DNA of 64,000 nt from Klebsormidium nitens (taxonomy: Eukaryota > Plantae > Klebsormidiophyceae): NCBI GenBank assembly GCA_000708835.1, contig DF237420.1:9662-73661 (forward strand), given 5' to 3'. Below the pieces are notes generated by a model, which saw nothing but the letters and a program-made list of their open reading frames with translations, was not told the origin of the DNA and did no database searches. The translations under genes and the position numbers were made by a program. Shown piece after piece: positions 13,501 through 27,600 of the stretch. Position 1 is the first letter of the stretch, and each line of letters opens with the position of its first letter.

Positions 13501-14262
13501 TTTCAGGAAATTTAATCAAAGGCCCCCGTGATGTCCGTTTGAGTTCTCTGGTATTCGAGCTCAATCACAAAAGGCCGACTGGAAACATTAGAATCGGGAC
13601 TCGCCGTTTGTTACAGCGCTCAGAACGAGCTCAAATCACAACCTTCACTCGTCTTCCATTCCTCCGACCACTTTTTGACCCCGCTTCGGATCCTTGCTCT
13701 TTTCTAATGCAGCACGCGCATCGGAACGCTTATGGGCGCCAATCAGCCCCAGCTCGCGCGCGTAGCCTCGCGCGCTTTCATCTGGGTCGGGCTCGCGACC
13801 GGCCTCACCATCGGGGCCGTATACGCTATCTTCCGCGACCATCTCGTATCCCTCTTCTCGGCCGAGCCGCACATCGTCCATTTGGGCGCGCAGCTCTTCG
13901 TCGTGTGCGCGTTTTACGCGATCGCAGACGGGCCCCAGAATGTGCTCCAGGGCATCCTGCGCGGGAGTGCGCGGCACAAGGTCGTCGCGCTCTGCGTGCT
14001 CGCGGTGGAATACCCTATCGGCATCCCGGCCGCGTATATGCTCGCGTTCTGGGCGAAGCTCGGCATACGCGGGCTGTGGATCGGGTCGCTTATATCGCTC
14101 TGCGTCCAGTTCGCGGTGCTATTCGTAATTTATCTGCGGACGGATTGGGAGGAGCAGGCCGCGCGCGCGCAGAGGCAGGTCGCGGCCGCAAAGGCGGTCA
14201 TGAAGAAGGCGGCCGTGGGGCCCGCCGCGGAGTCGGACGCTTCGACGCCCTTGTTGCAGTAG
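7507..14262 (+). CDS. MATE (DTX-like) efflux transporter, about 535 aa, 7 exons
   Basis: Exons 7507-7822, 8772-8890, 9810-10016, 10308-10549, 12079-12160, 12760-12851, 13713-14262, 1608 nt in frame. Motifs LGRLG..PLAGGALA, LEPLYGRAYGAK, LAIPSC..LCLQWWAYE, STRIG..MGANQP, DGPQNVLQG.LRG, LG..GLWIG. Confidence 0.93.
9375..9700 (+). repeat. Three tandem decayed copies of MATE exon-3 acceptor plus exon start
   Basis: AGGGCGCCT(G)GCTGCAGCGAGGCG(T)GGT-like units at ~9403, ~9540 and 9668 versus the real one at 9808. The nearest copy is almost identical over about 60 nt. Confidence 0.9.
10558..11150. other. Assembly gap (N run), probably collapsed repeat
   Basis: N run flanked on both sides by the identical ATTTTTGGGGTGAGGAA. 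Confidence 0.95.
11151..11490 (+). repeat. Tandem decayed copies of MATE exon-4 3' end plus donor
   Basis: TTCGGTCGGCCTCTGG...CTCTTCGCGCGCTGCTGGCCCGG...TTTTTGGGGTGAGGAA at ~11223-11320, a partial copy at ~11368-11410 and a donor copy at 11151-11167. All mirror 10459-10557. Confidence 0.88.
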
Positions 14263-15855
14263 CGCCTGCATGTCACAACCGTCATTTATCGGCTATCCCG
14301 CTGCCTTATAGAACGTTGACGTATTCGCTTGTGGACTTCGGACGTCGGCGCTCAGATTTTAGCAGAAGGCAACGGGTGTACTTGTATGTCTTTTCACGCA
14401 CACTTACTGGGACGGACCGACACTGCACGGATATCATAGCACTGGCAAAGTAGCAGTCAGTCCAGCCAAAAATGAGAAACAACCCAAACTTTGATTTGTT
14501 GTGACGCATACGTAGCGACAGTAGACTGAAGTACGGTAGCCCAGCTATCTTCCATTCTTAAAAGGCTGCGTATTAGTGACCGTTTCCGCTTCTCTATACT
14601 ATGCGGCTGCCCCGGCGCGGCTAAGGCAGCCCGGCTGCGATTGGACGGCTACCGTAGAGACCGACAATAAAATAAACTGCAGTACTGTGCCAACAATCTA
14701 TATATAAGAACGTCTCGCCGTCATGATCCGGTCAATGATTCACGTGCTCATGCCCAATGCCGGTTTGGCCAGCTCTTGACCGTTGCATTAAGCAACTATA
14801 CATGAGTACGGTCTCCGACTTGCTAGAGCCTCGGAGCTATACAAGTTGCGTGCGCCCGGCGTATAGTCTATAAGTCTGATATGCATATGATCGAGCGATA
14901 TCGTTAGTACGCGTTTTGCGTCGCCGGAGCGGCGGCTGAGCAGATTGAGCGGATGACGGCCATAGTAGTATATGTGTAATCTTGGTTTTATTCGGAGATG
15001 CATGACTCACAGTCACTCCCACCCGGCGTGGTTTACGTTACAATCTCGGATGTCCTCAAAACTGGACGTTGCTATGTGTTATACAGGACTATATATGTTG
15101 TCGGCGGACAATAAATACGCTAATTGGAAACAAGTAAATCGGACGCGAATTCACGGCCGTCTGAGTCGAGTATTTGCAAATGTATTTTCGAGTATTCGCA
15201 AATACTTCTAACAGGGGCCGCGCGCGATCTGCATCATTGAAACCGTTGCCGGGAGCAGCGAAGGATGTGATTTTGATTGACCAGTGCTAATGCATGAGCC
15301 TTCTAGGATTCTATCCTTCGTAAACGTCAGGTTTAAGTAACCATTCGTTGCGACCTGCACAACCTACGAGTCATCGTACAGTTCTGGCTTCAATGCTGCA
15401 TGGACAGAAACTAGTTAGTACCGGCGTGGATGACTATTGCTTCCGAAAGCTCCTCGGAAACGTCACGCTTGCACGCCGGAGTCGTTGGAAAGAGCCCCGG
15501 GCCTAGCAAAGCCTAAAATTCCGGCCGAGTCTCAAAGGCAAACATTCGTGCCACGGTGCCTGTCAGGTCAGCTTTACCTGTTGTTACGTCATCCCGACGT
15601 TTTTCCTACCTCGAATCCTACTTTTGCGAACGGAGTGCATTCCACGTACGTCGATGCTTATTAAGGGTAGTTTCTGTCAAGTGCGTAAGCAGTTTCCTTT
15701 TGGAGAACCAAAACAGGAGCCGGATCGAACGTTTTCCATCAGTTTCTTGTAGCGGACGTTTCCGTTTTCAAGGCAATCAACACGTCACTATCATCGTGCG
15801 CCGCGCCGACTACCACAAATACAAAACGCACTTATTTTTCACAGTCGCGTCGAAA

Positions 15856-18800
15856 CTATGCTGACTCCACAGAGTATTTGAACTTTTCGATGTGGCCCAT
15901 GGCGCAGTCGGTGAAAAACCAGTCCCAGATGAGGACGCTGTCCAAGACGGGGATGTCCGTTTCGTCACAGCCAAAAGGGTCCGCGAGCGCATTGGACAGC
16001 TCGCGAATGCCCAGCGTGCAGAGGACGGTCAGAAGCATCGGAAATATGGACCAGTAACCGGAGGAGAACACCTGAGAGCGGCACAGGGCGACAGTTATTA
16101 GATTGGCCCAGTGACCCCTTCAATAGACATTAAGGTCTGCTCAAACAGTTCGCGGATGCCCAGCAAGATCAGAATATTTGAGTAGGTGTTTTACGAGAAA
16201 TGAAGCAGTAACCGGCCGGAGGAAAATTTTCGAGAGCGGACACAGGAAAGTTTTCAGTATGCAGAGCCTGGCTGAGTAAACGGTTGAGGAGCTGCCGACG
16301 CCGTTCGTTTGAACTACTTTGAAGCGTGGGAGTGGGCGGTTAAAATCATCGATAAGATGGATCAATACCGGAGGAAATCAATTTTGCGCCGAGGAATGGA
16401 GGACTTACTGATGGGCTTCCACGCCCAGAGCCCAATTGAAATTCCACCGGCCCCGCAGAGACTCTCTCAAGTGCCGCAAAGCATGCATGCTTAGAAGTTT
16501 GGAAAAGTTTCGGAATACTGATGACGTTAGCGGGAAGAAGCCCCTGGGGGATGGGGACGTAGGGGAGCATCCGCTTTTGAAAATGCTATCGGGATCGACT
16601 GAATCCAATCGCGTCTGGGAGCGTGATATTCACAAACGGAAGACCAGATGTCACGGGATTTTCGCAAGCATGCTGCAGGAAGGATGAACTGATGATTACG
16701 AAGTAAACCCTATGAGCAAAGTAAACTCGGATCAGGGTCTTCAATACAAACGCGCTAAAGCTTTCAACGGTGACTGAAATAGTGGCGAATCTTTGAAGCA
16801 TGGTTAAATGAAATAGGGAGTATAGTTGGCCGAGTAACATCCTAGCTAGGAAAACTCATTGGGAGAGCCATCATGTGGGCTCACCTGAGTGTAAGCCAGT
16901 ATCAATAGGTATCCGATCGCCATGACGTTCAAAAGGTGGTGAAACGCAAAGGGTACCTGCATCAATGGTTCAGGCGCGTGTTCAGTCTCAGTCTGCTCTA
17001 ACTGCTGTGGAACAACCAGATGCAGCGACTTTTAATCCCTCCATTTTACTTGTTCAGATTTCTTGAATGAGAGGACCTGAAAGGCATAGCAAGAATCAAG
17101 AAACGGAAGCGTCTGTCTTTCAAGAAAAGCCCCAAAACAGGCCTGGTGCGTGACTGGTCGCGCAAAGGTGTCAGTATTGGAACTCAATGATGCACCGTTT
17201 GTATGTGGTGAACAAGTGTTCTTCAACTGCCAGCTATGGTTACGGGGCGATTTCTTCAAACTGAAGGAAACCTTGGGCCAAACCGGAGCCCAAGAGAAGA
17301 AAAAAAGAGAATCGTGGCGCGAAAAGTGCATGGTAAAAAGTCTTGCATCTCATTGACGTGAAAGCTTAGCTTAGGTTATCCCGTTGCTAAGCAGACGAGC
17401 CCGAAATGTTCAACATGGATCTCTCGAAAGAAGCATAATAACCATTTTCCGCTTTTTTCCGCTCATTTCATAGAACCCTCACAGGTGCGTCTCGGCAATA
17501 TGGCTACAAGTACTTTGTTTGAGCGTGACTGATCGACTCTGAAAGTCTGTAACCTCTTTTCACCAAAGGTTTGAAAAACTGCAACATGACATTGCTTTTG
17601 AGCCCAGGAGCGGTTTCCTTCGTACGATCGGGTCAGCGAATGATTGGCACTTGACAACATTGCAAAAACGGTACGTACCGGCGTGGCGGCGTATTCGTAG
17701 AGAGTGCTGAACCCGTTGAAAAGGCGCAGGAAGGCGCCGGCAAGCGTGTCGTGGGTTCGCTCGGTGATATGCCCCGCCCGGAATTCCTGGAAGATCAGGT
17801 ACATCGTCCACTTGACGACCTGCCCCGGAGAGACAACCGGGCGTTTAGGAGAGTGCTTCTTTCAACTGCCGTGGGGAATAAGGACAAAAGAAAAGAAAAA
17901 TAAGCAGAAAAAGAGTGATCCTCCCGGTGATATGCCCCGCTCGGAATTCCTGGAAGATCAGGTACATCGTCCACTTTGACGACCTGGCCGGGGAGACAAT
18001 ACATGAGCGGTAGCTGCCTACATTCTTTTCTCCGCTTCTGATGATGCTGGGTTGTGGCTGATCTCAGGAACGTGGGACCTTTAAGATTTACTGGCGGTGG
18101 AATTCTTAGGCCAGAGCGATGCATATTCCCTGATACTGCATGTTGCTCTCAGAATCGACGCAAGATGAAGAGCATGAAGAAAGTGCGATATATCCAAATC
18201 GAACATTGGGCTCATCATCTATAAAGAACTTTAAGAGAAAAATTCAAGCACTTGCCCCTCATAGGGCATCCGCCGGCGCCTCTCATCTTTGCGCTTCACG
18301 CTTCGCGCTTTTGCAATCCAGCTCAAGCCAGCCAGACAGCCACTCAGTTATCATTACCGATAACAGGTTCTGGATCTCTCAGTGAAACGTTTCCATTGAA
18401 TGTTTCGTCAACAGGTGCAGAACGCCCTTCTTCGTCTTCTGCAGTCTGATTGTCGACTCACCGAGAACACGGGCTTCACCCCTTCCGGCAGTGCAAGGAT
18501 TAAGGCCTCCTCCTCTAACGTCAGCAGCTGCCTGTCGTGCACTCTCTTGAGCGCCCACACGTGGAGGTCGTTCTTCTTGTAGTGGGGCAGCCAGGCGAAG
18601 CCGAGGTAGCAGCAGGCGATGCAGTAATTCAGCAGCTTTTGGCGGACGATGGACGCGCCTGCAGATATTAAGGAAAGGTGTAATCGTGTTTCCTGCGCTC
18701 TTGATTCTTTGATTCTACCGGGCTTCTCCTCTAGGGCTTCTCCTCTAAAGATGGACTTGTGTACTAAACTGAATACGTCCTTCTCCGTCCATGCGGATCA

Positions 18801-20931
18801 GGGGACAGAGGTCTGCTTACTCTACTCTCTTTGCGATTTGCAGTCTTCGTCTGCCTGTGTAAGGTCTTTTCCGGTTTTCGAGCTAGCTGGCAGGCACTCT
18901 CGTGATGTGCCGAGCCTTGCCAGTGCTTAGTCTGTCAAAAGTGAGGTGAAATAAATCCAACTCGTCGCACTTTTAAAGCGGCAAGAGCTGGGAGCAAGGC
19001 TGGGCACACGCGGGACTCGGACTTGCAGAACGGCAAGAGGACGTACTGCCTGAAAAGCAGAGATTTGTACCCACCCCTGTTTGTTGCTTACCGTATTGTG
19101 CTTGATTGGTGACGTTCTGCCCCAGCACCAGGAGTCGATGGTGACGTCATCTAGAAAAACGGTCCGTTTCGGACGAGAATCGGACTTACCCGGGAAGCGG
19201 TCGTCGTCGAAGCGCGTCCGCAGGTCCGTCGTGAACTGCCACGCGGCCTTGGCTACCAGGTTGCACGCGTCGTACTGCACAAAGAACCTGTCGGGCAAAC
19301 CGGTGATTAGTGATCTAGCAACGTTTCTCTGCTATAAATCCCGCTCAACTGTGAGATTGCACTAGCAGTGAACGTGGAAATGGGCCCTGAACGTCCGTAT
19401 CTTGTGATGAACCGGCCTCAAAGATCGAGAAGCTTTGCTGAGTGTTTGCGAAGTCGTGCTCTTCGAACGGATTTCAAAACCTTCCGCTCGTTTGCTTCCG
19501 CACCAAATGTGTAGCTGGATCGACGTCAGATGCAGATTTTGGACGGGATCCGACAACGGAAGTCATTTTTTCACCCACGGCCTCCCGCTCCAAGAAGAAC
19601 AAGGTTAAGCTGCGTTTTATCCCTGGGCACCGTTCTTTGAGAGACTTGGCGAGCAGTTGTGCAGATGTATCGGCATACTAGTTTCATCAGCAGAAGGCTG
19701 CGTTGCAGGCGTCGCAAAAGGTCCTTGTCCGACTAGGTTGTTTTTCGCAGCCTTGATTTGTTTTGGCACTTGGATAATCCGTCTTGTTGCCAGGACCGGT
19801 GCAGACGGCGATACGAGCGGGCTTGAGAACCCTGCGCACGTCGCCTAGCTTCTCCTCACCTGGCGTAACTCTGCGTCGTTTGGAACACGAGAACGAACGA
19901 CACCAGCGTTCCCAGGAAGCCGGCATATGTGCTGGACCGCAGAAACGGCCAAGGCGTGTTGCCAGGTGTCGTGTCGATGCGGATCTTGTTGTGGTCGGTC
20001 TGGTAGTAGCAGATGAGGAGCAACACGTGGACGGATATGATTAGCCAGAAGCTGGAGCTGAGGAGAGCCATCTTGGCGGCGGTGCCCGTGAGCCGGAAGA
20101 GCAGCCGGATCGGGTGATTGGCGTCGTATATATACGTGCCCTGCGGAATCTGCAGGGGGAGGGAATATGCGACTTTTACTTCAAAACGTTTTCAGTGCTA
20201 TCTACCCGGCTTTGGCGGCCAACGCTGCCGCATTGGCTGGCTGCATGGTTTTTTTATGCAATACTAAAAGCTGAAGACGGAATGACTTGCGGACTTTGTT
20301 GCTTTCGCTTCCGTTTGTTCTTCAAGCTGCTCCGTTCTCGTGAGCTGTGTTCTTCATGAAGCGCGAAGACCTCCGAGTCATGCTATCTTGGGAAGTGCCT
20401 CAAAGATCAGCAAGCGACTGGCTTTTACTAGTCACTTGTTATTCCAGTGATACAGCATAAGGATGTCTGCCAGCTCGACTCGAACAGGACTCAGGTTTTG
20501 AGCCCGTCTCACTTCGTCATGAAGCGTTCTTACATTATCACGCAAATATCTGAAAACACCCAACTGACTTAGAAGCCATCCAAGAAACAACCTTCCTGAC
20601 CGTAAGCAGGTCGAGAACTGGACGGCCGAGAAACGAGCTCCTCGAAAAGTCGCAACAGGCCCATTTCGAAACCTGCCAAACCAAGTTTCTGTGAGCTTCT
20701 CATTTCAAGACTTCTTCTTACCAGTCCTGCTTTCTTCAAACCCTTCAGGGGCGCCAACAGGGGGCTGTCGGGGTTGGCCGGTGCAAAGAGATTTGTCCCG
20801 TCCACCATACTGTAGTCAATCAGGCCCTCGTGTTTCTTGGCTTGTGCGCCCAGTGACACCTTTGTCGGCATCGGAATAACCGTTTCCTTTTCAGCTGCGG
20901 TACCCTCTGGAGGCGCTGATTTCGAAGCCAT
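15856..20931 (-). CDS. Bestrophin-like (UPF0187/Bestrophin_2) membrane channel, about 404 aa, 7 exons
   Basis: Exons 20931-20722, 20140-19860, 19287-19190, 18658-18462, 17819-17679, 16956-16885, 16071-15856, 1215 nt in frame. Motifs GFLGTLVSFVLVFQTTQSYARF, ATPVPFAFHH, GIRELSNALADPFGCDETDIP. Confidence 0.85.
17925..17998 (-). repeat. Near-identical intronic copy of bestrophin exon-5 acceptor and 5' part, with a 1-nt insertion
   Basis: Matches 17762-17834, offset about 164 nt. GTCGTCAAAGTGG in the copy versus GTCGTCAAGTGG in the exon. Confidence 0.92.
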
Positions 20932-22805
20932 CTCTGGAATGCTTATAACGTACGTCACTCAGAACACTGCAGAAATGGAATCCAGAGAGTTATCATAAGA
21001 CTCTGAGAAGGGTCTGGCGGCCATCAATAGTTTAATTAGCGTGATGTCCTGTTTGGCTTGTCTTGAGCATCTCTAAAAGATGCAGAGTCTACTGTGGAAC
21101 CGATGATCCTTCATTCTTCACAATGAAGGATTGTGGGTCAACGTACGCAGCATGGTAAGGAGCTGCTGAATGTTCCAGAAAAGATTCACGGCATCAGATG
21201 GCAATGGGTATTGATGGCCTGTGTTGAGGTGCAGCTGAATGCACCTTGACAAGCGCTCCATGAGAAATATACCAAACACCACTCGAGGCAAAGACAATAC
21301 AAATGGCACATGGAAAAAAAAATCTACATTCGCGGGTTCAATGCACATTCTGAACTTTTTGTGTGGCGTTAGAGAACGAATGTTGTCCTCCGGTGCACAG
21401 TTCAAGCTGGTTCTGCAGCCTGCCAGCTATGCTTGATTCCTGAGCCATGAAAGGGTCACCTTTCTTCACGAACTTACAGGATAGGCCTAGTGAAAGCCCA
21501 ATAGGTGACAGCCCAATGTGACAAAACAGCATCTGAGGTCTGGCTGCTTACAAGTGGTTCGCTCTCCTGTATATTTTCAGCCTACATGAACAACATGTCG
21601 ATCCATGGTGCTTCCAAAGGAATAGACAGTTTGATATTGCTTGAGCTTTCAAGGACACAAGTTCTTCAGCATCATATGTAATCAGGTAGATTGATTGAAT
21701 CGTACTGTACTTGATTTTGATATCTCCAGATGTTTCTTCTTGTCAAGGAAGGCGTACAGCCTGGCTGTTATTGTCAAATCATTGGCTAAGACTTTACATT
21801 GTGTGCTGCTAGATTTGACCTTAAGAGTGCAAAACTATGTTTGCCACCTTTCTTCAATCGGTGAGCCAGCGTTCAGGATGCTAGTATCACATACACATTA
21901 GCGCTCAAAGACATTCTCACATTGCCAAACTTGTTGCCCTGCACTCACCTCGAAATTGCCAGTGGAGAGTTCCGGCGCTGACGCCAACGCCTACAAGACA
22001 AGAGACCTCTACCTGAAACCGAGTGACAAGTGACAAGGGGTCGAAGGCTGCACGCAGCTGAGCTAGATCCTGTAGGTTGTAATTGGAATTATAGTTGTGC
22101 TTCAAACGACAATTTTGATAAATATACGACAAGTGATATGGGCGGACCCTCACAGCAACCCTCAAAGGTAGACTAAGTATTCATTGTTTTGAAGTTGTTT
22201 TGGACGTACAGCTCAGAGGACTAGGTCTGCTGTTTTGAACAGTTCAGAGTGTCTGACTCGTGGCTATTGATCATGAATCGGACCAGTCTCAATGCTAGCT
22301 TGGACTGAGCAGCATCATATATGGGAAGGATGACATTGACACAGACGATCAAAAGACCAAGTGACTCCGCAAGCGCGGTGGTATGTGTGTGAAAAAGCCG
22401 GCTCAGCTGCTTCGAGCTGCTCCAAAATTCCATTCAAGTGCATGACTTTGAAAGCTCAGCAGGGCCAATTTATAAGCGGCAGGCGACCGTGAGCTAGCAG
22501 GGCACATCTAGGATCTTTGTCGCCGGGGGTTAGCTCGATGCTAACTCTAAAAGCTAAGTCACCGTAGCCGCCGCTCAATATCAAGCTCCCTGGCCGTCAC
22601 CGCAATGCTCTGCTGCTGCTGCGTGCATCCGTATTAGGAATGACGTGGGGGGGCACTCCTCCGTACGGTAAAGTACCCCGGCAAGAGTCGCAATTGAATT
22701 AAAGTCGAATGCGGCGGAGCGTACGCCATATACCGTACGGCATCCATGATAAGCTATGGACGCTCGCCCCTTGGTCCCGGAACGGTACCTAGCTGCGTCC
22801 GTACC

Positions 22806-23416
22806 AAGGCATGGTGTCAAAACACCTTTGTAGCGGTGCACTGAACTCCGGTTTTTCGAAGTTTTGAGGGGTGCATGGAAGCCGGTTTTGAGTAAAGCCC
22901 GAATTTGTCCGAGTGGGTATGGAAGCCGGTTCTGCTTTGCGCTCACCAACTTCACTTTTGGGGCGGGGTTATGGAAGTTCGTTCAAGGCGTTGAAGTTTT
23001 TAGAGGGGGGCTATTACAAGAAGAGCGACGTTTCTGGGGTCGTTTTCTCCGGCAACGTAGACCCCCAACAAGAATCCTGTGTCTACGGCCCGTCAACGAA
23101 AACCAGAAATTCTTAGATCTACGAGGTTCTTTGAAGGTTTTAGGGCTATACGTATGTGTCTAGTTCTTGAAGACACCTGGTTCTAACCTGAGTTACAGTA
23201 AAACCTAAAGCGTTTTGCAAGCCAGATCAAAGGTGAGGGGGGGAAAGCGGTCAGTACAAATATTGTACTACTAGGGGTCAAAACATCGACTACAGAGGCC
23301 CCCCCCCTGGAGGTCGGTTTTAGATGCTCATGGGCCTTCAGTTGGACCCCCTGGAAGCCGGTTTTTAAACCGGAGTTCAGTGCACCACTGCAAAAGTGTA
23401 TTGACACGATGCCCAA
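22806..23416. mobile_element. Non-autonomous TIR element (MITE), possibly Mutator-like
   Basis: About 47-bp imperfect terminal inverted repeats with a perfect 20-bp core GGTGCACTGAACTCCGGTTT / AAACCGGAGTTCAGTGCACC. Flanking 9-bp direct repeat GTCCGTACC at 22797-22805 and 23417-23425. Confidence 0.72.
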
Positions 23417-24690
23417 GTCCGTACCCAACGCGGGTACATTACATGACACGTCATGCGATCGCAAGTCCGACCACGCTGAGTCTTGAGTCTTGACTCGGAC
23501 CGACCGCTTCGCAAGGGCTACTAGTAGCTGTCGCAGTGTCGAAGCAGTGTAAGACTAGTAACTACCTTACGTTTAGTACAGTCTACGTACAGTCCCGACT
23601 TAATGCACGTTTATCGGCTCATCATTTGCCGGTCGATCAAATTACGAGGGCATGAATTGCGTCCGGAAACGGGCCGGAAACTTAGCTAAACGGTACGGTA
23701 TCTCATCAACCATGCAGAGGCTCGGCCAATCACAGTACTCGGGGACTCCTGAGCACCCAGAACACAGGTGTCACAAATCACTGCCCAGTGCGGAGTGCTC
23801 ACTACTCAGCTGGAATCATTTGCGGCGCCATTCGTGTGCCGGTATTTTACATCGTGCACACTGCAGACGTCATATGCATGTGACTTTCAACAGCGGTCTC
23901 TGCAGATGGGTACGGTCTAGTGGCGCCTACGTCATGAGTATTAGGTAAACCACTTTCGTCACGGCAGCATCGAGAGTGCGAAACTGGGAGTCTGGGAGAA
24001 TTGACCTGGAGCTAGAGGACTTCTTTCTTTTTCGTAGCAGGTAAGTACCAGGTAGCGCTTTCAAGGCAGCTCCGACCATGATCCCATGACAATGACGTGA
24101 CGGCAACGAGATTGCCCTCCATGCGCGCGCGCCACCTTCAATGAGCCTCGCTCAGTGACTGCTACTCGAAGAGTCGAAGTTCAAGAGGGTTCTGGCTTTG
24201 CCTCTTTCAACCTCAAGTTGAAAAGGTCCCTGTGCAGTCCTTTCACACGGGCCCTAGTGCTGATCACAGCTGTCATGTGGAAGCTGACTGTGCGCACCAG
24301 CGCCTAGCCTGCTGATCAACGGCAAAACTTCTTTGCAGCAGGTGACTGAAAAGTCAGATTGGGTCTTTGTTATCATGTGAGCAAGATTTTAAGTATGCAG
24401 CTTGATTACAAACGCTGACGGGCGCGCCGTGGCCAGGATAGAGGGACTTTTGAGGTGAGCCACTGTACTGGGCTGCACAGGAGTCTCTGACAGGAGACGA
24501 GGTCGATTCCAAAAGTGGAGATCGCTGCAGTATATCGACGGACGGCGCAGCTAGGCCCACAGCAGTGGCCACATGCAATGTGGCTGTACGGAAGAGCTCC
24601 GATTTACATTTTTTTGGTTGGACTAACTAGAGCCTGAAGACTTGCGGAAGAGACAACCTCACGTAGCTAGACATTGTGGATATAAGCAGT

Positions 24691-27600
24691 ATGGCTTCTC
24701 ACCGGGTCGATGCTGAGCAGCCAGAAGCCGGCGTGTCAACCTCTCAAGGGGCAAGTGGTGCCCCAGACTTTAACACCAGCATTGGTGAAGTCCGCCCACC
24801 AGCTTACAGCATTGATGACCTGGAGAGAGATGCCAAAGAAGGGGTGCAAGAGGTGCAGCGCAGAGTGCTCACAGCGATTCTGGCGCTTAATGAAAACACA
24901 GAATACCTACGCAGGTCAGTTGACCGGATGTCACTGCTTTCTGAGCTGGAACGTGTGCAACAAAACAACTGAAGCAGAGCCTGTGAGCCTTTGTTGGTGC
25001 CCGCTAAAAGATACTCTTGTGAGTTTGTTTGGTCTCTTCTGCTTCTTTTTCCTACCAGCTCATCTGGCTGTGACTCTTGTAATGGATCCCACGGACTGTT
25101 CCTACCTTTGCAGAGCTAGCAAGATAGCTAGTTTTCAGCTGTGTACAGGCATGTTTGATCTTTCCAGAACGAACCATATCTAAATTGACAAGGCGCAGCT
25201 GTCCTTATTTTGTGAGCAACGCGAACCAGCTGTATGCAGTGGATTGAGTCCGCGCAAGACTATAAATGCACAACCCGACAAGAGGCTAGCATTTTAGGGG
25301 ACGTGCATGTATTCAACAACATAAAGCATTGACGTGCGCTGCGCTCTAGAGAGCTGCGCTTGGTTCCCTTCTTTGACTGCAAGATCCAAAATTCCTGAAG
25401 CTTGTCTGCCGTTGCTCTTTGACTGAAGCAAACGTCTCTTTGCGCTGTGCAGCTACGGGTTGGATCGATCGTCCAGCGTGGAAAGATTCAAAGCTGCGCA
25501 TCCCCTGACCACTTACGGCCACTTCAAGCCCTGGGTGGAGCGAGAGGCATCCAACTTCCATACGGGAAGCGAACCGAAGATCCTCTGCGGAGAGAAGATT
25601 GCACACTTTCTGCTGACGTAAGCAATCAAATCCTTTTGCTTTGTCAGCATTGCAGATCAGGTGCTCCCTCACAAATCAACAATGCTTACGAGTGGAAGGT
25701 GTTAGACAAGGAGGATGGTGGTGTAACCATCCTTGATGGCGGAAATGCAGTTGTCTCGGAAACGGGCGCCTTTGTCGAATGAAGGCAGGCAGGAGATTAG
25801 CGCGTGAAACTTTGATTCTGGTGATTGCGACGTCTGCGCTTGAAGAGAATGTCAGATTAAGCACGGTCCGCTCAACAAGACCGGCCAACAATAACAGAGC
25901 CCGGACGCTGAGCTGGCAGAAGCTTCAGGAACAACAGATGGCCTGTTACGCAAACTCACACCAACTCCATTCTTTCATTGTCTTTTATCGATTATCACAG
26001 AGAGTCTGTTTTTGAGAACTGTCTTCTTACGGTGTTCCTCCAGGTCTGGAAGCACCGACAGCCGGAAGCTGATCCCCGAGACGGAGGGCTCGTTGACCCG
26101 CGCCACGCGGTTGATTGTTCTGGCGGCCTCCATCTTTACAAGGTACCGAAGTACTGATGAACTGCATTTCACCTGCCCTTGAGCGATTCGGTATGCTTTT
26201 CCATGGCGTGTTCTTGGCAACTTTCGTTTCCGTGCTGAATGTTGGGTCGCTCGACTCAGGTTTGCGAGAGGGTTTCAGGATCCGGATTCCCACGAGCTTA
26301 ACACGGTCGCCGTTACTTACTTGCCTGCTCATTCAGTCCACAGAAACTTTTGAAAACAGCTAGACAATTGCTCGCGCAGTCAATCGTTGAGCGACGCTGC
26401 CAAGCCGGGCTTGTAAGTTTGTTTTCCGCCCGTCCCTTACAGGAACGGCAAGTCGCGCTTTCCTGTGTCCGCAAGTCTTGATCTGTTTGGCAGAGACCAC
26501 AAACGCTAGATTATCTCGAGTTCATGTTTCGGGCGGAAGCAGCTTAAGCAGAAACAGGGCCCAGTCCGCTGATCAGCAACTTCTGAAAACTCAAGAGTTA
26601 CTGTATCCCGTCTCGATTCCAAGCAGAAGTCATCGGACCAGTCTCGTCGGACGGTCAGAACTAAACGGACTCCCAAACTTTGCGCCGGCCAGTCAGCCGA
26701 GCTCAGAAGAGATTCCGAACAAGCCAGGTTTTCCGCGAGTTGAAGAAGTAGCTTCATGCAATCTACCCATAATGTCGCTTTTCCTGGCAGCTTATCTAAT
26801 TGGAGCTTAGTTTGCACGTGCTTAAGCCAGGCACACAGCCAATCAATCCACTCGTAGAGAAGATACTGACTTAATTGCCTGCTGAATTTGGATCTTCTCC
26901 GTGTACCCACCAGATTCGTGACCCAGCTCGGTTGACCCGCAGGTTCTTCGGCGCTGAGTCCAACGCCTACGCGCTGCGCCTGGTCAACATGACTCGGCCG
27001 CAGCCTCTTCCGGGCGGTCTTCAAGCCATGCATTTAGTTCCAGCTCTTACCCGGTTTGGCCTCGACAAGTTTCCCGACGCCGTGTCCCGCACCATGAGCA
27101 GCCCCGCGGAGGTATTCACACTGTTCGACGCGGAGCAAGCCGCGTACTGCCACATGCTCTGCGCGCTCGCCGGTGCGAAAAAGCTCACCCAGATGCGGAC
27201 CTCGTTCGCCGCCAGCTTCGTCGCGGCTTTTCACACTCTGGAGCGGGACTGGCGGGGCCTGGTGGAGGACGTCCGGAGCGGCGGTGTGAATGCGGCCCGG
27301 GTCGGGTCGGAGGAAGTTCGGGCGGCGATCGCAACGAGAATGGCGAGGGATTGCGAGGATTTGAAGAGTCTTGCGGACGAGCTCGAAGCGGAATTCCAGA
27401 AAGGGTTTGACGGGATCATCCCGAGAGTGTGGCCGAAGGTGAAGTTCGTGGAGTGCATTCTCACTGGGCCAATGGCACCCTATCTGGAGCCCCTCAGAAG
27501 GTGAGAACCGGCGCCCTTGGGCGAGTTTTGATCCACGCTTGTGAAGTGAGATTATTGAAGCGCTGCAGAATTTGTATCTTCCTTCGACTTGCTTCAAGCA

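Noticed and set aside
13539-14453. 304-aa and 110-aa ORFs overlapping the MATE last exon
   Set aside because: Alternate-frame and antisense shadows of GC-rich coding sequence.
25660-25782. Possible extra GH3 exon (APSQINNAYEWK...)
   Set aside because: It ends in a stop, and GH3 homology is continuous when 25617 is spliced to 26044.
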